DNA of 63,737 nucleotides, counting the filler, from Octopus bimaculoides (Eukaryota): NCBI RefSeq assembly GCF_001194135.2. It is 9 parts of 8 records of this genome, joined end to end, with 100 filler letters (N's around TTAATTAATTAA, not from the genome) between each part and the next. Parts side by side here need not be neighbours in the genome. Positions count along the whole stretch, not along the records: positions 1 to 22,103 come from NC_068985.1; positions 22,204 to 34,035 come from NC_069003.1; 7 more parts are not named here. One strand, given 5' to 3'. Numbering within the stretch: position 1 is the stretch's first letter; each line of letters opens with the position of its first letter. Below, piece after piece: positions 12,301-25,739 of this stretch. The notes under the pieces are model-generated. The model saw only the letters and a list, made by a program, of their open reading frames with translations. It ran no database searches and was not told the origin of the DNA. The position numbers were made by a program, and so were the translations under genes.

Positions 12301-12594
12301 ATATTTTATGGAGAGATAGAGTCGACTGAATACATTTCGGTTAGTTTCTGGCGTTGATGTTATCGGTTTTGAAGTTATAAAAGACAAAGTTAATCGGGAG
12401 AAATACAGACAATAAATTTGAATGTAGGCAAAATGGACATAACGTAAACGAAGAAAAAGAATATAGAAATACATACACACACATACGTCCATAAATATAT
12501 ATATATATTTATACACACATACAAACATAGACAGATATACAGACAGACCGATAGACAAACAGACAGACACACAGACAGATAGACACACAGACAT

Positions 12595-12632
<38 letters not shown>

Positions 12633-12789
12633 TATTGACTATAAGTCACCATACAGTATGAAAAATAAGTAAACTTTAGAAAAACATTCCATTGTTCATA
12701 TTACAATACTATTTATCGAAGAAGGCTAAATGAACAGTTACAAATTAAACACAAATCTTTTCCTCGATATTTCGTTTATTTTCGTTTTG

Positions 12790-13500
12790 TCTACAAGCCA
12801 GCAGCTAACCAATGAAGCATTTACTCAGTTTAGAAGTAAAACTTGTTATTATTTCTATACACCAAACCAATTTAATACTTTCAATCAATGCTTTCATTGA
12901 TGTTGGATTCTTTCTAGACATATGTTCCGATAATATTCAGTCGGGTTCAAATTTAGCCTTCTTTCTGTTTTCAACAGTTGACTGGCTTTGTCTGGTGCAC
13001 AGGAGCAGTATGATGCTGAATGTAATCATTTGCATAAAAGATGGCAGTTTTCTCAAGTATCTGCAGTCCACGTTTTATACAGGTGGCAAATATCAACCTG
13101 CTTTTCAAATATTTCTTTTATTAATTAAGTATATTTGCTTTATGGAAATTACGCAATCTTCCAGATTGCAGATGAGTTATTGTTCACATGTTAGGTAGTT
13201 GCTTCAGCACGGTGGTTAATACAGTTTGTATGACAATGGAACCTGGAGATAAAATTCTTTACTGCTTTCATAATGGCTTCATTGATTCTTGCAGAAGTAC
13301 ACTACCGGCGTCCAGATCACTTTGAAAAGCAGACGATGATCAGAACTTGATATAATTCAAGCTTTGTAATAAAGGTTTTGTTAATCCCATCATGTGAGGT
13401 ACAAATTTCGTGATAGTTGTAATCTTCATGTAAAATCAGAATGTGTGCTCTGTCCAGACATGTGTGTAACATCCAAAGAAAAATTGACATTAATTTAACG
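12790..13500 (-). mobile_element. Probable very old Tc1/mariner transposase remnant
   Basis: Frameshifted translations IQHHTAPVH (cf. FQQDNAPxH), NLNPTEYY (cf. DLNPIEN) and KNPTSMKALIESIKLVW (cf. P....L...I...W) occur in the expected order. A related ~130-bp fragment is at about 10770-10900. Confidence 0.35.
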
Positions 13501-13987
13501 AAAAGCAAACAAACTGAATTATAATAGACGAGAATATATTATGTTCATATCAGATTTATGTAAATCGTGTACCTAAAGTACATGTTTAGTTTTGATGTAA
13601 GATTATTCCTAAAAGTTATGTCGTAGCGTCTAATAATATGCTCATGTATGGATGAACTATGGACAATAATGCGCTACACACACACACACACACTTGCAAC
13701 TGTATACGACGGTCTTCCATACAGGTTCTCTCGACCTGATTCTACTCACAAGGAATACTAACTGAATATCACTCATGTCACTGGCCGCAGTTTCAGAGAT
13801 TGGAAGATGAAATTATATAAATGGACGATAGGTGTATTGACTGAAATATGTCTAGAATAGCTTTGATTAAAGTTCTACTCTACTGAAGTTAACCCAAGGC
13901 AAAACAACAACATGATTTACGAAAATAATGTAAAAAATTTCATTTTGCTCTAGTGTAAGAAATCCTTAACGATATCGTCGTTCTTGT

Positions 13988-14205
13988 TAAGGTGCCGAAC
14001 TGGCAGAATCTTAACCGCGCCGGAAAAAATGATTAGCGGCATTTCGTCCTTCTTAACGTTCTGATTTCAAATTCCGACGATAACAACTTTGATTTTTGTT
14101 CTTTCGGGGTCGATAAAATGAGTACAAGTTGAACACTTGGGTCAATATAATCGACTTACCCCTCCTCTGAAATTGCTGGCCTTGTGCAAAAATATGAAAC
14201 CAGTA
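13988..14205 (+). mobile_element. SINE family A copy (tail type ...CCTTGTGCAAAAATATGAAACC)
   Basis: Alignable head, B-box and GGGGTCGATAAAATGAGTAC body. Confidence 0.8.
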
Positions 14206-15628
14206 TCGTCGTTGCTGTTGTTGTTATTGTGATCGCTTAAACCTAGGTCATCCTCTAGTGGAGTAAACCTATAATCAACGATATTCTAGCCGTCTTTCTA
14301 TTAATATATTCGAGTTTTTGTACCTGTCATTTAAACATTTTCGTCTTCCATTCTTTCAGAACTCGGTTAGCTCTGATAGAAAGCATTTACCCCAGGTGCC
14401 GTTCCGTACCACAAAATACGTGGTTCTAAAGCAAACTCTTTTACCACACACCCATATATGTAGCGATTATTCATATTATTATTATCAGCGGTCACATTAC
14501 AGAAAGTAGAAAACACTGAAAATCCTTGAGAAGTTTGCTTTTCTCTACGCACCCACACCGGTTACTATAAACCATATACCTGTAATGTATTGGTTTGCTT
14601 CATTTAACAGTAACCCTCAGTTAAAATTATTCACTTTGTTGTAGAATGAACAATCCCATCAATACCCTTGTTACTGCTGTTGCTCCTGCTGCTGCTGCCG
14701 TTTAGCCCTAGGTGAATCCTAACAGAGCAAACATTTAATCAAAGATATAGTACCCGTCTGATTCAACTCGGCGCATTTAATACGTAATGCCATTCAGTCT
14801 TCCATTCTCTGAGACTGCAGTCAGTGACATGAGGGAGTTCCAGTTACTATTTCTAATACAACGAGTGACAAAGTAGAGGCTTTTTCTTTAATTCACATTA
14901 TTTTTTCGCTTTTGTTGATTTCTGGTTTGTTTATTCATTTAATTATTTATTTATCTGTTTTGTAATTGTCAACAAATTATAAAAAAGTATTCGTGAAATA
15001 TTTATTATAGCAACGTATGATTAATGATGAGATTATCAAAGCTGAGACTATTCCTAATAATATACATACATAGAATGGACGAAAGCATAAACACATATAA
15101 ATACAATGAGCCAGAGCATCCGCACACATACGCACAAGATCACTCTTTCCATCTCAGTCACTCTCTCCTTCTCTCTCTCTCTCTCTTTCAGACACACAAA
15201 AACAGACACATGCGACCACACGCACGCACNNNNNNNNNNNNNNNNNNNNNNNNNNNNNNNNNNNNNNNNNNNNNNNNNNNNNNNNNNNNNNNNNNNNNNN
15301 NNNNNNNNNNNNNNNNNNNNNNNNNNNNNNNNNNNNNNNNNNNNNNNNNNNNNNNNNNNNNNNNNNNNNNNNNNNNNNNNNNNNNNNNNNNNNNNNNNNN
15401 NNNNNNNNNNNNNNNNNNNNNNNNNNNNNNNNNNNNNNNNNNNNNNNNNNNNNNNNNNNNNNNNNNNNNNNNNNNNNNNNNNNNNNNNNNNNNNNNNNNN
15501 NNNNNNNNNNNNNNNNNNNNNNNNNNNNNNNNNNNNNNNNNNNNNNNNNNNNNNNNNNNNNNNNNNNNNNNNNNNNNNNNNNNNNNNNNNNNNNNNNNNN
15601 NNNNNNNNNNNNNNNNNNNNNNNNNNNN

Positions 15629-15669
<41 letters not shown>

Positions 15670-15691
15670 TACGGCCGGACGGACGCTCATA

Positions 15692-16326
15692 ACGATATTA
15701 GGGTTAGGGTTAGAACGATAGATATATGGATAGAGAGAACAATAGGTATAAAGACAGATAAAAGGATAGATATATGGATAGATAGACCGATAGATATATA
15801 GATAGATAGAACGGTAGATATATAAATAGATAGAACTATAGATATATGGATATCCATATATTTATCGTTCTAACTATAGGGTTAGTGCTAGGTTAGGTTT
15901 AAGGTTAGGGTTAGGGTCAAAGTTAGGGTTAGGGTTAGGGCTAGGGTTAGAACGATAGATATATGGATAGAGAGAACAATGGGTATAAGGATAGATAGAA
16001 GGATAGATATATGGATATATAGACCGATAGATATATAGATAGATAGAACGATAGATACATAAATAGATAGAACTAGAGATATATGGATATCCATATATTT
16101 ATCGTTCTAACTATAGGGTTAGTGCTAGGTTAGGTTTAAGGTTAGGGTTAGCGTTAGGGTTAGGGTCAAAGTTAGTGTTAGGGTTAGGGTTAGGGCTAGG
16201 GTTAGAACGATAGATATATGGATAGAGAGAACAATAGGTATAAGGATAGATAGAAGGATAGATATATGGATAGATAGACCGATAGATATATAGATAGATA
16301 GAACGATAGATACATAAATAGATAGA
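15692..16326 (+). repeat. Composite satellite (period 237-255 bp): degenerate (TTAGGG)n block, GATA-rich block and 42-bp palindrome
   Basis: Anchor TAGAACGATAGATATATGGATAGAGAGAACAAT recurs at 15711, 15948 and 16203. TTAGGG runs at 15698-15713, 15877-15950 and 16114-16205. The array runs into an N gap. Confidence 0.9.
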
Positions 16327-17529
16327 NNNNNNNNNNNNNNNNNNNNNNNNNNNNNNNNNNNNNNNNNNNNNNNNNNNNNNNNNNNNNNNNNNNNNNNNNN
16401 NNNNNNNNNNNNNNNNNNNNNNNNNNNNNNNNNNNNNNNNNNNNNNNNNNNNNNNNNNNNNNNNNNNNNNNNNNNNNNNNNNNNNNNNNNNNNNNNNNNN
16501 NNNNNNNNNNNNNNNNNNNNNNNNNNNNNNNNNNNNNNNNNNNNNNNNNNNNNNNNNNNNNNNNNNNNNNNNNNNNNNNNNNNNNNNNNNNNNNNNNNNN
16601 NNNNNNNNNNNNNNNNNNNNNNNNNNNNNNNGTATGTGTGTGTGTGCGTGCGTGCGTGCGTGTGTGTGCGTGCGTGTGTGTGTGTTCGTTTGTGTGTGTG
16701 TGAGGAGGCTGTCTGCATAGGGAAATAAAAAAGGCAGGTCAAAATACAGAATGAGAAGTAGTGGTAAACTGATAGGTAAGGAGATAGACATATGTGTGTG
16801 TGTCTGTGTGTTGTATGAGCTCTTACCCTGTAATATAGAGAAAATGAGTGAGACAGAAAAATAGAAATAGATAGATAGATAGAGAGAGAGAGAGATATAG
16901 AGAGAAATAGAGAGAGAGAGAAAGAAAGGGAGGGCGAAAGAGTGAAAGAAAGAGAGTAGGGTGGGAGAAAATGGGACAGACAGAGAAAGAAAGCGGGAGA
17001 TATTGAAACAGGGAGAGATTATGAAAATCAATACTGGAATAATATATCATTGAGTGAAGCCATAGTTACCGGTGCTGTTTTTCATAAAGCTACATGACGG
17101 CACATGTAAAGCAGTTTGTTGCACATGACTGCTTCTTAATTACAACAGAGACCAGTTCATTACACATGTGCATGCAACTTTAATAATAAACATTGCTTCA
17201 TGTATGTGATTATGATGCACAAACGCAGCGGCCAACTGATTGCTGTGCTGCATCACGTTTGATGCATTACAGTTCTGAATTAGAATCTTGCTTGCAGTCT
17301 ATTCCCTATTATATTTTTTTGCTTCTTTTGTTTCTTTCCTGTGCATTGCGCAGCCGCCGTCGTCGTCATCACTATTATGGTCATCCTCATTCACGTCGTT
17401 ATTCTACTTATTCTGTTAATTCTGCTCTTCCATATTATCATCATGATCATCATTATTAAACAACAGTAGCAATATCAACGACTACTATTACTACAAAAGC
17501 AACAACGGCAACAACAGCTAATAATAATG

Positions 17530-17604
<75 letters not shown>

Positions 17605-18259
17605 TAGAAAGTATTGAGGTAACTCCTCCCGAAGATATAGAGTCAAAATTAAAAGAAGAGTGCCATTTGCTATCTTGTGAACAATATTTCGACATCNNNN
17701 NNNNNNNNNNNNNNNNNNNNNNNNNNNNNNNNNNNNNNNNNNNNNNNNNNNNNNNNNNNNNNNNNNNNNNNNNNNNNNNNNNNNNNNNNNNNNNNNNNNN
17801 NNNNNNNNNNNNNNNNNNNNNNNNNNNNNNNNNNNNNNNNNNNNNNNNNNNNNNNNNNNNNNNNNNNNNNNNNNNNNNNNNNNNNNNNNNNNNNNNNNNN
17901 NNNNNNNNNNNNNNNNNNNNNNNNNNNNNNNNNNNNNNNNNNNNNNNNNNNNNNNNNNNNNNNNNNNNNNNNNNNNNNNNNNNNNNNNNNNNNNNNNNNN
18001 NNNNNNNNNNNNNNNNNNNNNNNNNNNNNNNNNNNNNNNNNNNNNNNNNNNNNNNNNNNNNNNNNNNNNNNNNNNNNNNNNNNNNNNNNNNNNNNNNNNN
18101 NNNNNNNNNNNNNNNNNNNNNNNNNNNNNNNNNNNNNNNNNNNNNNNNNNNNNNNNNNNNNNNNNNNNNNNNNNNNNNNNNNNNNNNNNNNNNNNNNNNN
18201 NNNNNNNNNNNNNNNNNNNNNNNNNNNNNNNNNNNNNNNNNNNNNNNNNNNNNNNNNNN

Positions 18260-18336
<77 letters not shown>

Positions 18337-18530
18337 CCTTCCTACTAAAGGCACAAGGCCTGAAATCTCGGGGGATTGGACTAGTCAATGATATCGAAAC
18401 CAGTTTTTTACTGGTACGTATCTTATCAACCTCGAAAGGATGAAAGGGAAACTCGATCGCGGCGGAATTTGAATTCAGAACGTAATGACGGACGAAATGC
18501 TTTTTCCTCGGCTAACGATTCCACGAGCTT
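18337..18530 (-). mobile_element. SINE family A copy, tail embedded in (TAA)n
   Basis: Alignable to the family A consensus seen in the window. Confidence 0.8.
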
Positions 18531-18548
18531 ACCTCCACCACCACCACC

Positions 18549-18633
<85 letters not shown>

Positions 18634-18872
18634 ATGCTTTCATTTATGTGCCACAAGGGCGAAGGATGAGGGGCAATACAAAGACAGACATAAAGTGTGG
18701 AGTTTACATATAACGGAATGGTTATAAAAGAAATAAATAACTAAAGAAATAAATAAAAAAGAAAGAAAGAAAGAAAGAAAGAAGGAAAGAAAGAAAAGTA
18801 AGTATACACGGTATACACTGAAAAAGAAGGTTTGAAAAAAGTGTAGGGGAGAATGATGATGATGATGATAAT

Positions 18873-18980
18873 GAGCACCACAGCAAACCACAGCACATAC
18901 CCAAGGCGCACAGAGCTGCGCTCGGTAGTGAAGTGAAAGCACGTTATAAAAATAAAACTACTGAACAATAATAATAATAA
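18873..18980 (+). repeat. About 108-bp unit duplicated identically at 19938-20045; resembles a LINE 3' end with (AAT)n tail
   Basis: Exact match GAGCACCACAGCAAACC...ACTACTGAACAATAATAAT at both positions. Confidence 0.85.
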
Positions 18981-18999
18981 TTATTATAATTATAATGAT

Positions 19000-19211
19000 G
19001 CTTTCAAATTTTGCCACAAGGGTAGCAGTTTTGGGGAGGGGATGAGTCGATTACATTGACACCAGTGTTCAACTGGTACTCATGTTATCGACCTCGAAGG
19101 ATGAAAGGCAAAGTCGACCTCGGCGGAATTTGAACTCAGAACATAAAGACGGATGAATTGCCGCTAAGCATATTGCCCGGCGTGCTAACGATTCTGCCAG
19201 CTCACCGCCTT
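19000..19211 (-). mobile_element. SINE family A copy
   Basis: GGCGGTGAGCTGGCAGAATCGTTAGCACGCCGGG head on the minus strand. Confidence 0.85.
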
Positions 19212-19221
19212 AATATTAATA

Positions 19222-19690
19222 ATCATTATTTCACTTATTGGCCACCAGGGCCGACATACAGGGGACAATACAGTAGACATGGACAGAGGGGTTTTTTACA
19301 CAAATCAACGAGTACATAATGAAAACAATAACAATAATATCAAACAAAGAGAATATAACAATGAAAGTTCCCCAATAGGGGACAACCACCTGGGGTTAGC
19401 TCAGGCACCACACCAATCCTGAACCACTCGACCTTTCAAGGGCATCCGTCTGCCTCTTAAATTCACTTGCCCACAGGCGCATTCGTGGAGGAAGTCCACT
19501 CACATGGGACCTCTTTTTAGCAAATGTACTGGGAGGCAGCACCTCTCTCGCCACCCTCATCTTTCTTTCCAAGTGAAATTTGAAAACGTTGATGAGGGAT
19601 TGGCCGAAGAGAAAAGGGTCAGTCTTCAGTCCTTTCAGCCTTGTCCACACTACAACCCCTTTTGCTACTGCTATCAGACAGGAAAACAAC
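19222..19690 (-). mobile_element. 5'-truncated Tx1-type LINE 3' fragment
   Basis: ORF 19396-19689 (FLFGQSLINVFKFHLERKMRVAREVL) is homologous to 3421-3618 (YVFGQVLIDFVKSHLKRKVRVESEVL), with a similar 3' terminus. Confidence 0.8.
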
Positions 19691-19775
19691 TAATTCACGC
19701 GCCTTCACAACAACAACAACAACAACAACAACAGCAACAACAACAACAACAACAATAATAATAATAATAATAATG

Positions 19776-19819
<44 letters not shown>

Positions 19820-19838
19820 GAGGAGGAGGAGGAGGATG

Positions 19839-19903
<65 letters not shown>

Positions 19904-20031
19904 TCTACGCAAAACACTTTCAATACAGTAACCATAAGAGCACCACAGCAAACCACAGCACATACCCAAGGCGCACAGAGCTGCGCTCGGTAGTGAAGTG
20001 AAAGCACGTTATAAAAATAAAACTACTGAAC

Positions 20032-20084
<53 letters not shown>

Positions 20085-20339
20085 TAATAATAATAATAAT
20101 AATAATAATGAGAAGAAAAAGAAGAAGAAGAAGAAGAAGAAGAACAACAACAACAAGAGGAAGTACAACAACAATGACATTGAGAACAATAAGTACGATA
20201 ATAGTACTTACACCACTGGATTTTTCATACTAATTTATTTACTTACATGGCTGCATACAATGGGTTCCTAATTCTGATTGGCTAATTTACAGATATTGTC
20301 ATGGCTATGAATATCTTTTGAAAGTCAGTTGCACGCATT

Positions 20340-20830
20340 TACCTTCACGCATTGTTTCTATTTCTCCGATAGGATTAGAACATCCATTTTGACCAGGATT
20401 AAGTCTAAGAATAGGATATTAAAAAAAGCTCCAGGATGTTTGTATCAGTGTGTAGCTATTATTAATAGTTTATTTCGTGTTAGGTTCTTCGTCAGAGTAG
20501 CCTGATCATGAATCTGCTCGTGTATGTGAACAGGGCAGCATGATTTAATTGAGAAGGACTGATAGTTGCCCAAGCATGTAAGTCTTTCCTCTTTATGATA
20601 CTGATGCTTATCCAAGGGAAAGAGTACTGTCTTCGGCTGAAACAGCATTGTAGCAGTATCGTGAAAGGCATCGCTGGTAGAAATAGAAAGCTGGGTGAAA
20701 TACCACAAAACATTTTGCCCAACTCTTTAACAGTTCTACCTCTCTTAATTGGTAAATGTTTGATCGATCACCCAGATGATAAATGGGGAAATTGTTCTCA
20801 TAGTGTCACAATTTACAGCGGATAACAGTT
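20340..20830 (+). mobile_element. Possible decayed Penelope-like GIY-YIG fragment
   Basis: LRLKQHCSSI and IGKCLIDHPD weakly resemble R.KQH and I..HL..H motifs; the YIG motif is not recognisable. Confidence 0.25.
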
Positions 20831-21199
20831 GAGTTAACGACCTGTTGGAAACGCTTTTGGCCTGCTAGATCAGAGCCAACACGGGATCAAAAAGACGACA
20901 ACAGCGACTTCGACAAAAACAACAGTTACATACAACAATCGAACCAAAGAAGAGGACAGGAGCATCTAAGCCGCTGCTTTACTAGAAATAGAAGCTAATT
21001 ATTTCTCAAATCCCACTCCACCGTCTTAAAATAATAGGTTTTATTGAAGAATGCAATGCTGTATGTCACTAAGTGGCGCGATGGCATCGGATAGGATACT
21101 TTTGATCAAATATTTGTACAATTAGGACTAACATAGGACTAAACAGTAACAATAAAAGCTATCACAATATCAATAACGACAGCGATGACATATAATAAT

Positions 21200-21412
21200 G
21201 GCTTAAAATTTTGGTACAAAGTCAGCTATTTTGGCGGGAGGGGCTAGGTCGATTACATAAGCCCCAGTGCTGAACTGGTACTTATTTTATCGGTACCGAA
21301 AGGATGAAAGCTAAAGTTGACCCCGGCAGCATTTGAACCCAGAATGTAAAGACGGATGAAATGCTACTAAGTTTTTTGGCCGGCGTGCTAACGATTCTGT
21401 CAGCTCGCCGCT
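21200..21412 (-). mobile_element. SINE family A copy
   Basis: Alignable head, body and tail. Confidence 0.8.
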
Positions 21413-22103
21413 TTTGCAACGACATAAAATGGCCAGTCGAAAGAATTGGGGAGGCTGTGGTTAGTTGAACTATCTACAGGAAATAGTGGCCAAATTTTCC
21501 TTAAAGTTCACTCTATTGTCTTCAAACAGGAAACATGCATGAGAAAATGTAATTCTAGAAAGATCGAATATAAACCTGGGTATTCATGGCTGTTACGTCT
21601 TTGATCATCTGAGCTATAGTTCTTCAAGGCTAAACAACAGCAACAAAACCATAACAATGGTGAAATCCGCTTGAAATCTTTATTGCAGCTAAGATCAATA
21701 TAATAAAATAAACAAATGCAGTTACTAGATTGATTAAAGAATAATATAAAGACATCATGGAAACAAAATGTTGAGATCTAGGTAACTGATTTGCACAGAC
21801 AATGACTCGTGGTGCTAGAAATAACGGCCAAACCTCCTTCACATGGCACTAAAACGGCTTTTAAAGGGAATTAGAAGCCGGATAATGTAAGTTTTAGATA
21901 CTGAGTTCAAAAATAGAAAATCAAGCAGAACACATTCAGAGTTTATCGGGTGTTAATCAACAACATCATTAACAACAATAACTACATTAATTATTCCTCT
22001 CATACGATCCATCTCGAGCTTGTAACCTGCATGATAGCTACTCTAATTGAAGTCTGATAGTTAAAGAACTACATTTAGCAAAAAAAAAAAAAAAAAAAAA
22101 AAA

Positions 22104-22203
22104 NNNNNNNNNNNNNNNNNNNNNNNNNNNNNNNNNNNNNNNNNNNNTTAATTAATTAANNNNNNNNNNNNNNNNNNNNNNNNNNNNNNNNNNNNNNNNN
22201 NNN
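22104..22203. other. Artificial scaffold-join spacer (44 N + TTAATTAATTAA + 44 N); identical spacers at 34036-34135, 49238-49337, 52597-52696, 54078-54177, 56347-56446, 60965-61064 and 62636-62735
   Basis: Identical 100-nt structure eight times; TTAATTAATTAA gives stop codons in all six frames. Confidence 0.95.
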
Positions 22204-22717
22204 AGGAAGACAGAGGAATGGAAGAAGGAGAAAAGAAAGGAAAAGAAAAAGAATGTTTTCATAGTATTCTATATGTGTGCGTGAGTGTGTGTGCATGAGT
22301 GTGTCTGCGTGTGTGCGTGTGTGCGTGAATGTGTGTGTGTATTCTTTGAAGTAGTAGGAGGGAGGGGGAGGAGCCTTGGCATTTCCCTCTACCATTGAGG
22401 TAGACCATTTTCTTGATTAGAAGACCGAAATGGCACCTTATAGTTGATTCTGGTTTTTAGAGAGAGCGTAGCAGAGCCTTCTGCTCATCGACCCAAGAAT
22501 TTCTCCTGGAAGTGGCCGATTCCAGTGGCACATGCACATACTAATATATACGTATATATATAACTATATATATATATTTAATACTCACATATATATATAT
22601 TTATATTTATATATATATACACAAGCACAAACATAAACGTATATATATATATACACACACACATACACACATAAGAAAACACAAAAACACACAAATAAAA
22701 TTTGTGTGTTGAATTAG

Positions 22718-22777
<60 letters not shown>

Positions 22778-22781
22778 TATA

Positions 22782-22819
<38 letters not shown>

Positions 22820-22926
22820 TTTGTTTCTTTTGTGGACAATTCCTGAAGCCAAACTTTGCAGGACACCAATTCCAGGTAGTTAACATTATTATTATTATTA
22901 TTATTGTTATAATCATTATCGTCATC

Positions 22927-22985
<59 letters not shown>

Positions 22986-23130
22986 CCTCTTATAAAATAC
23001 ATTCATATATAGAAGCATGTAAGTATGTGTGTGTGTGTCTGTTTATATATGTGTGTGTGTAGGTATGACTGTGAGTGTATATACGTATGCATGCATGTAC
23101 ATATGTGTACATCCTTGTGTGTGTGTGTGC

Positions 23131-23169
<39 letters not shown>

Positions 23170-23500
23170 AGTGTGTGTGTGTGTGTGTGTGTGAGTGTGT
23201 GTATTAGATTTTGTTTATTTTGTTTTATATTTAATTTTGCATTCAGTATTGAAATTTTGCCTGCATTTTATTAATAATCATACGATATTCATTCAAATTA
23301 TATCTGTGTGAGTGTATATATATATATATATATATTTATTTATTTATCTTCAACAAGCTATAAATGTCAGTGTTCACCCACACATCCGCCACACAAACTC
23401 GTCGACACACATTTGATTATAGGTGTGCACATATATCTATACTTTAACATTTATTTGCAAAAGTAGAAATACCAATTTATTCATGTATGGGTATACAAAC

Positions 23501-23558
<58 letters not shown>

Positions 23559-23649
23559 CAAGAGAGAGAGACACACACACACACAAATACATATATATAC
23601 GTCTGTGTGTGTATATATATTTATGTATATCCCCAGAATCAACCAGGCT

Positions 23650-23950
23650 ATCAGATGTTGTTACACACTGCCAGTCACAATGCACTTCCAGTTCTTTATT
23701 GACTTTGCCCTTTTTTTCCACTTAGGCCCAAACGATTTCACTAAATTGTCTTCCCATCATCACAGAGTCCCTCCAAGTGGCCTTTCCTGATCGGAAACTG
23801 CACAGGTCCACTTGTTGCTTCTCAACTCTGTGACATGTCCAGCTCAGAGGAACTGGAACTTCTCCGATTCAGAGATCACATCCTTTACTTTGTTCCATTC
23901 TCAAATTACTTCGTTTTGGAGATGTTCTCACAACGATATTCTTCACATAT
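23650..23950 (-). mobile_element. Decayed RTE-clade LINE 3' fragment
   Basis: Translation LQNEVI*...KFQFL*AGHV..L..NKWT...ERP...WEDNLVK.FG..W matches the RTE C-terminal pattern W.WAGHV.R..D.RWT...GRP..RW.DDL. Confidence 0.6.
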
Positions 23951-24087
23951 CTCTCACTCTCTTTCTCTTTCTCTCTCTCTCTCCACAGACACACACACAC
24001 ACCTATATATCACAGCTATCACCATTATTTTATCGCCACTTTCTCTATGCTGTCACAGATGAGCTGAAAGTATATTCCTGATCAACT

Positions 24088-24118
<31 letters not shown>

Positions 24119-24204
24119 GCACACACACACACACACACATGCACACACACACACACGCATGCACACACACACACACACACACACATCCACATCCACATGC
24201 ATAG

Positions 24205-24755
24205 AATAGGTTCCCTGCACTTTCTGTTCTCTACCAAACTCATTCCAAAGGCATTGACTGACCTGAGTCTGTTGTCAAAGACTCATGTCCCAAGTGTTGC
24301 CCTTTGGAACTGAACCTAAAACCCTGTTGTTGCAAACTTCTTAGTCACACAACCATCCTCGCATGCTGCAGAATGGCCATGTGGTAACAAGTTTGCTTCC
24401 CATCCACAAGAGTTCTGGATTCAGTGTGGCCCCTTGGGTAAGTGAGAGCAGCCATACTCTGAGGCCAACCAAAGCCTTGGCAGGGGATTCAGTCGTCAGG
24501 AATTGAAAGAAGTTCATTGTATGTATGTGTGTGTGTGTGTGTGTGTGTGTACAAGCATGTCTGTGTGTCTGTGTTTGTCCTCCACCACCACTTGGCAATT
24601 GGCGTTGGTGTGTTTACATCTCCATAACTTAGTGGCTCAACAAAGAGGATTGATAGAACAAATACCAGATTCAAAAAAATAAAAACACTGCAGTCGATTC
24701 ATTTGACTAAAATTTTTCAAGGTGGTGCCCCAGCATGGCCCCAATCTAATAACTG
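24205..24755. mobile_element. Two diverged SINE family B copies arranged head-to-head (24205-24355 minus; 24370-24755 plus)
   Basis: TGGCCATGTGGTAA head, CCTTGGGTAAGTG core, internal (TG)n and GGTGGTGCCCCAGCATGGC 3' motif. Confidence 0.65.
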
Positions 24756-25144
24756 ATGTGTTTTTTTGCAATATTTACTTTTGCTTGCAACAGCCGATTC
24801 TTTTGGTCAAAAATCATAATATCTCCAGCTGCTTCAGATGCCAAGATATCAACAATTGTCAAAGTAAAATGGTTTTGCTATGGAATGGTGAAACTAGGTT
24901 TTTGTTTTCTGAAAGAACAGCGTTTTGGACTTACAACACTTTGGCACCACAGCAACAATATGTTCATAAGTGCAGATTCTTCAAGTGAATCCTGCTGGTT
25001 GAGAACCTAGGAATAGATCATGAGAGTAAAATGATTGGAATAACATCCCTAATCTCACAAAATACTTTTTTAAAAAGTCACCAATAGGCATTTAATTAGG
25101 AGCTCAGGATACAAATGCTATCAAACCTGTTACAGGCATCTCTC

Positions 25145-25253
<109 letters not shown>

Positions 25254-25739
25254 TTGCTAACAGTGAGCTATATAGAAACCATCAGCTTATTGAATTTCTT
25301 CATAACTTCAATATGGGATATTAATAAACTGTTATTGTTTCTTATCATACACTGTTCACTTTCTGTGCTCCATCCGTGCCGCTCACTGTTTAAAACTACC
25401 AACTTCAAAAACTTGGGTCCCCAGATCGTATTTATACATGTATGCATACATACATTAATACGTTGGGGGGGGGGCTGACACCTTGTCAGCAGCATCTCTA
25501 TTTGTCTTCCCATTCCCTCCCCTCTTCCTCCCATCCACACTTATGTAATGTTGAGTGTGTGTGTGTCTGGGGGAGGGAGGGGTAAGTATCCCCTGTACAG
25601 CAACCCACTCCCTTCCTTTCCTTCCATTACAATTGAACCTCTCAACACTCAGCATGAGACCACCTCCCTTTCAACCCTAATGCCCACCTCCCTCCACTGA
25701 GCCAAAGGGGATCTCTAGGCTAGTGAGTTCCTTACTGAC

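Noticed and set aside
17605-17696. Short unique segment with open frames (EVTPPEDIESKLKEECH; DVEILFT on the minus strand)
   Set aside because: Only about 90 bp between a microsatellite and a gap; not assignable.
22148-22159. TTAATTAATTAA as a biological motif (PacI or piggyBac-like site)
   Set aside because: Always centred in a fixed 100-nt N spacer, so it is synthetic.
24794-25010. Strong acceptor followed by open frames
   Set aside because: No donor or protein similarity; the minus strand weakly resembles decayed RTE RT (DN..YLG).
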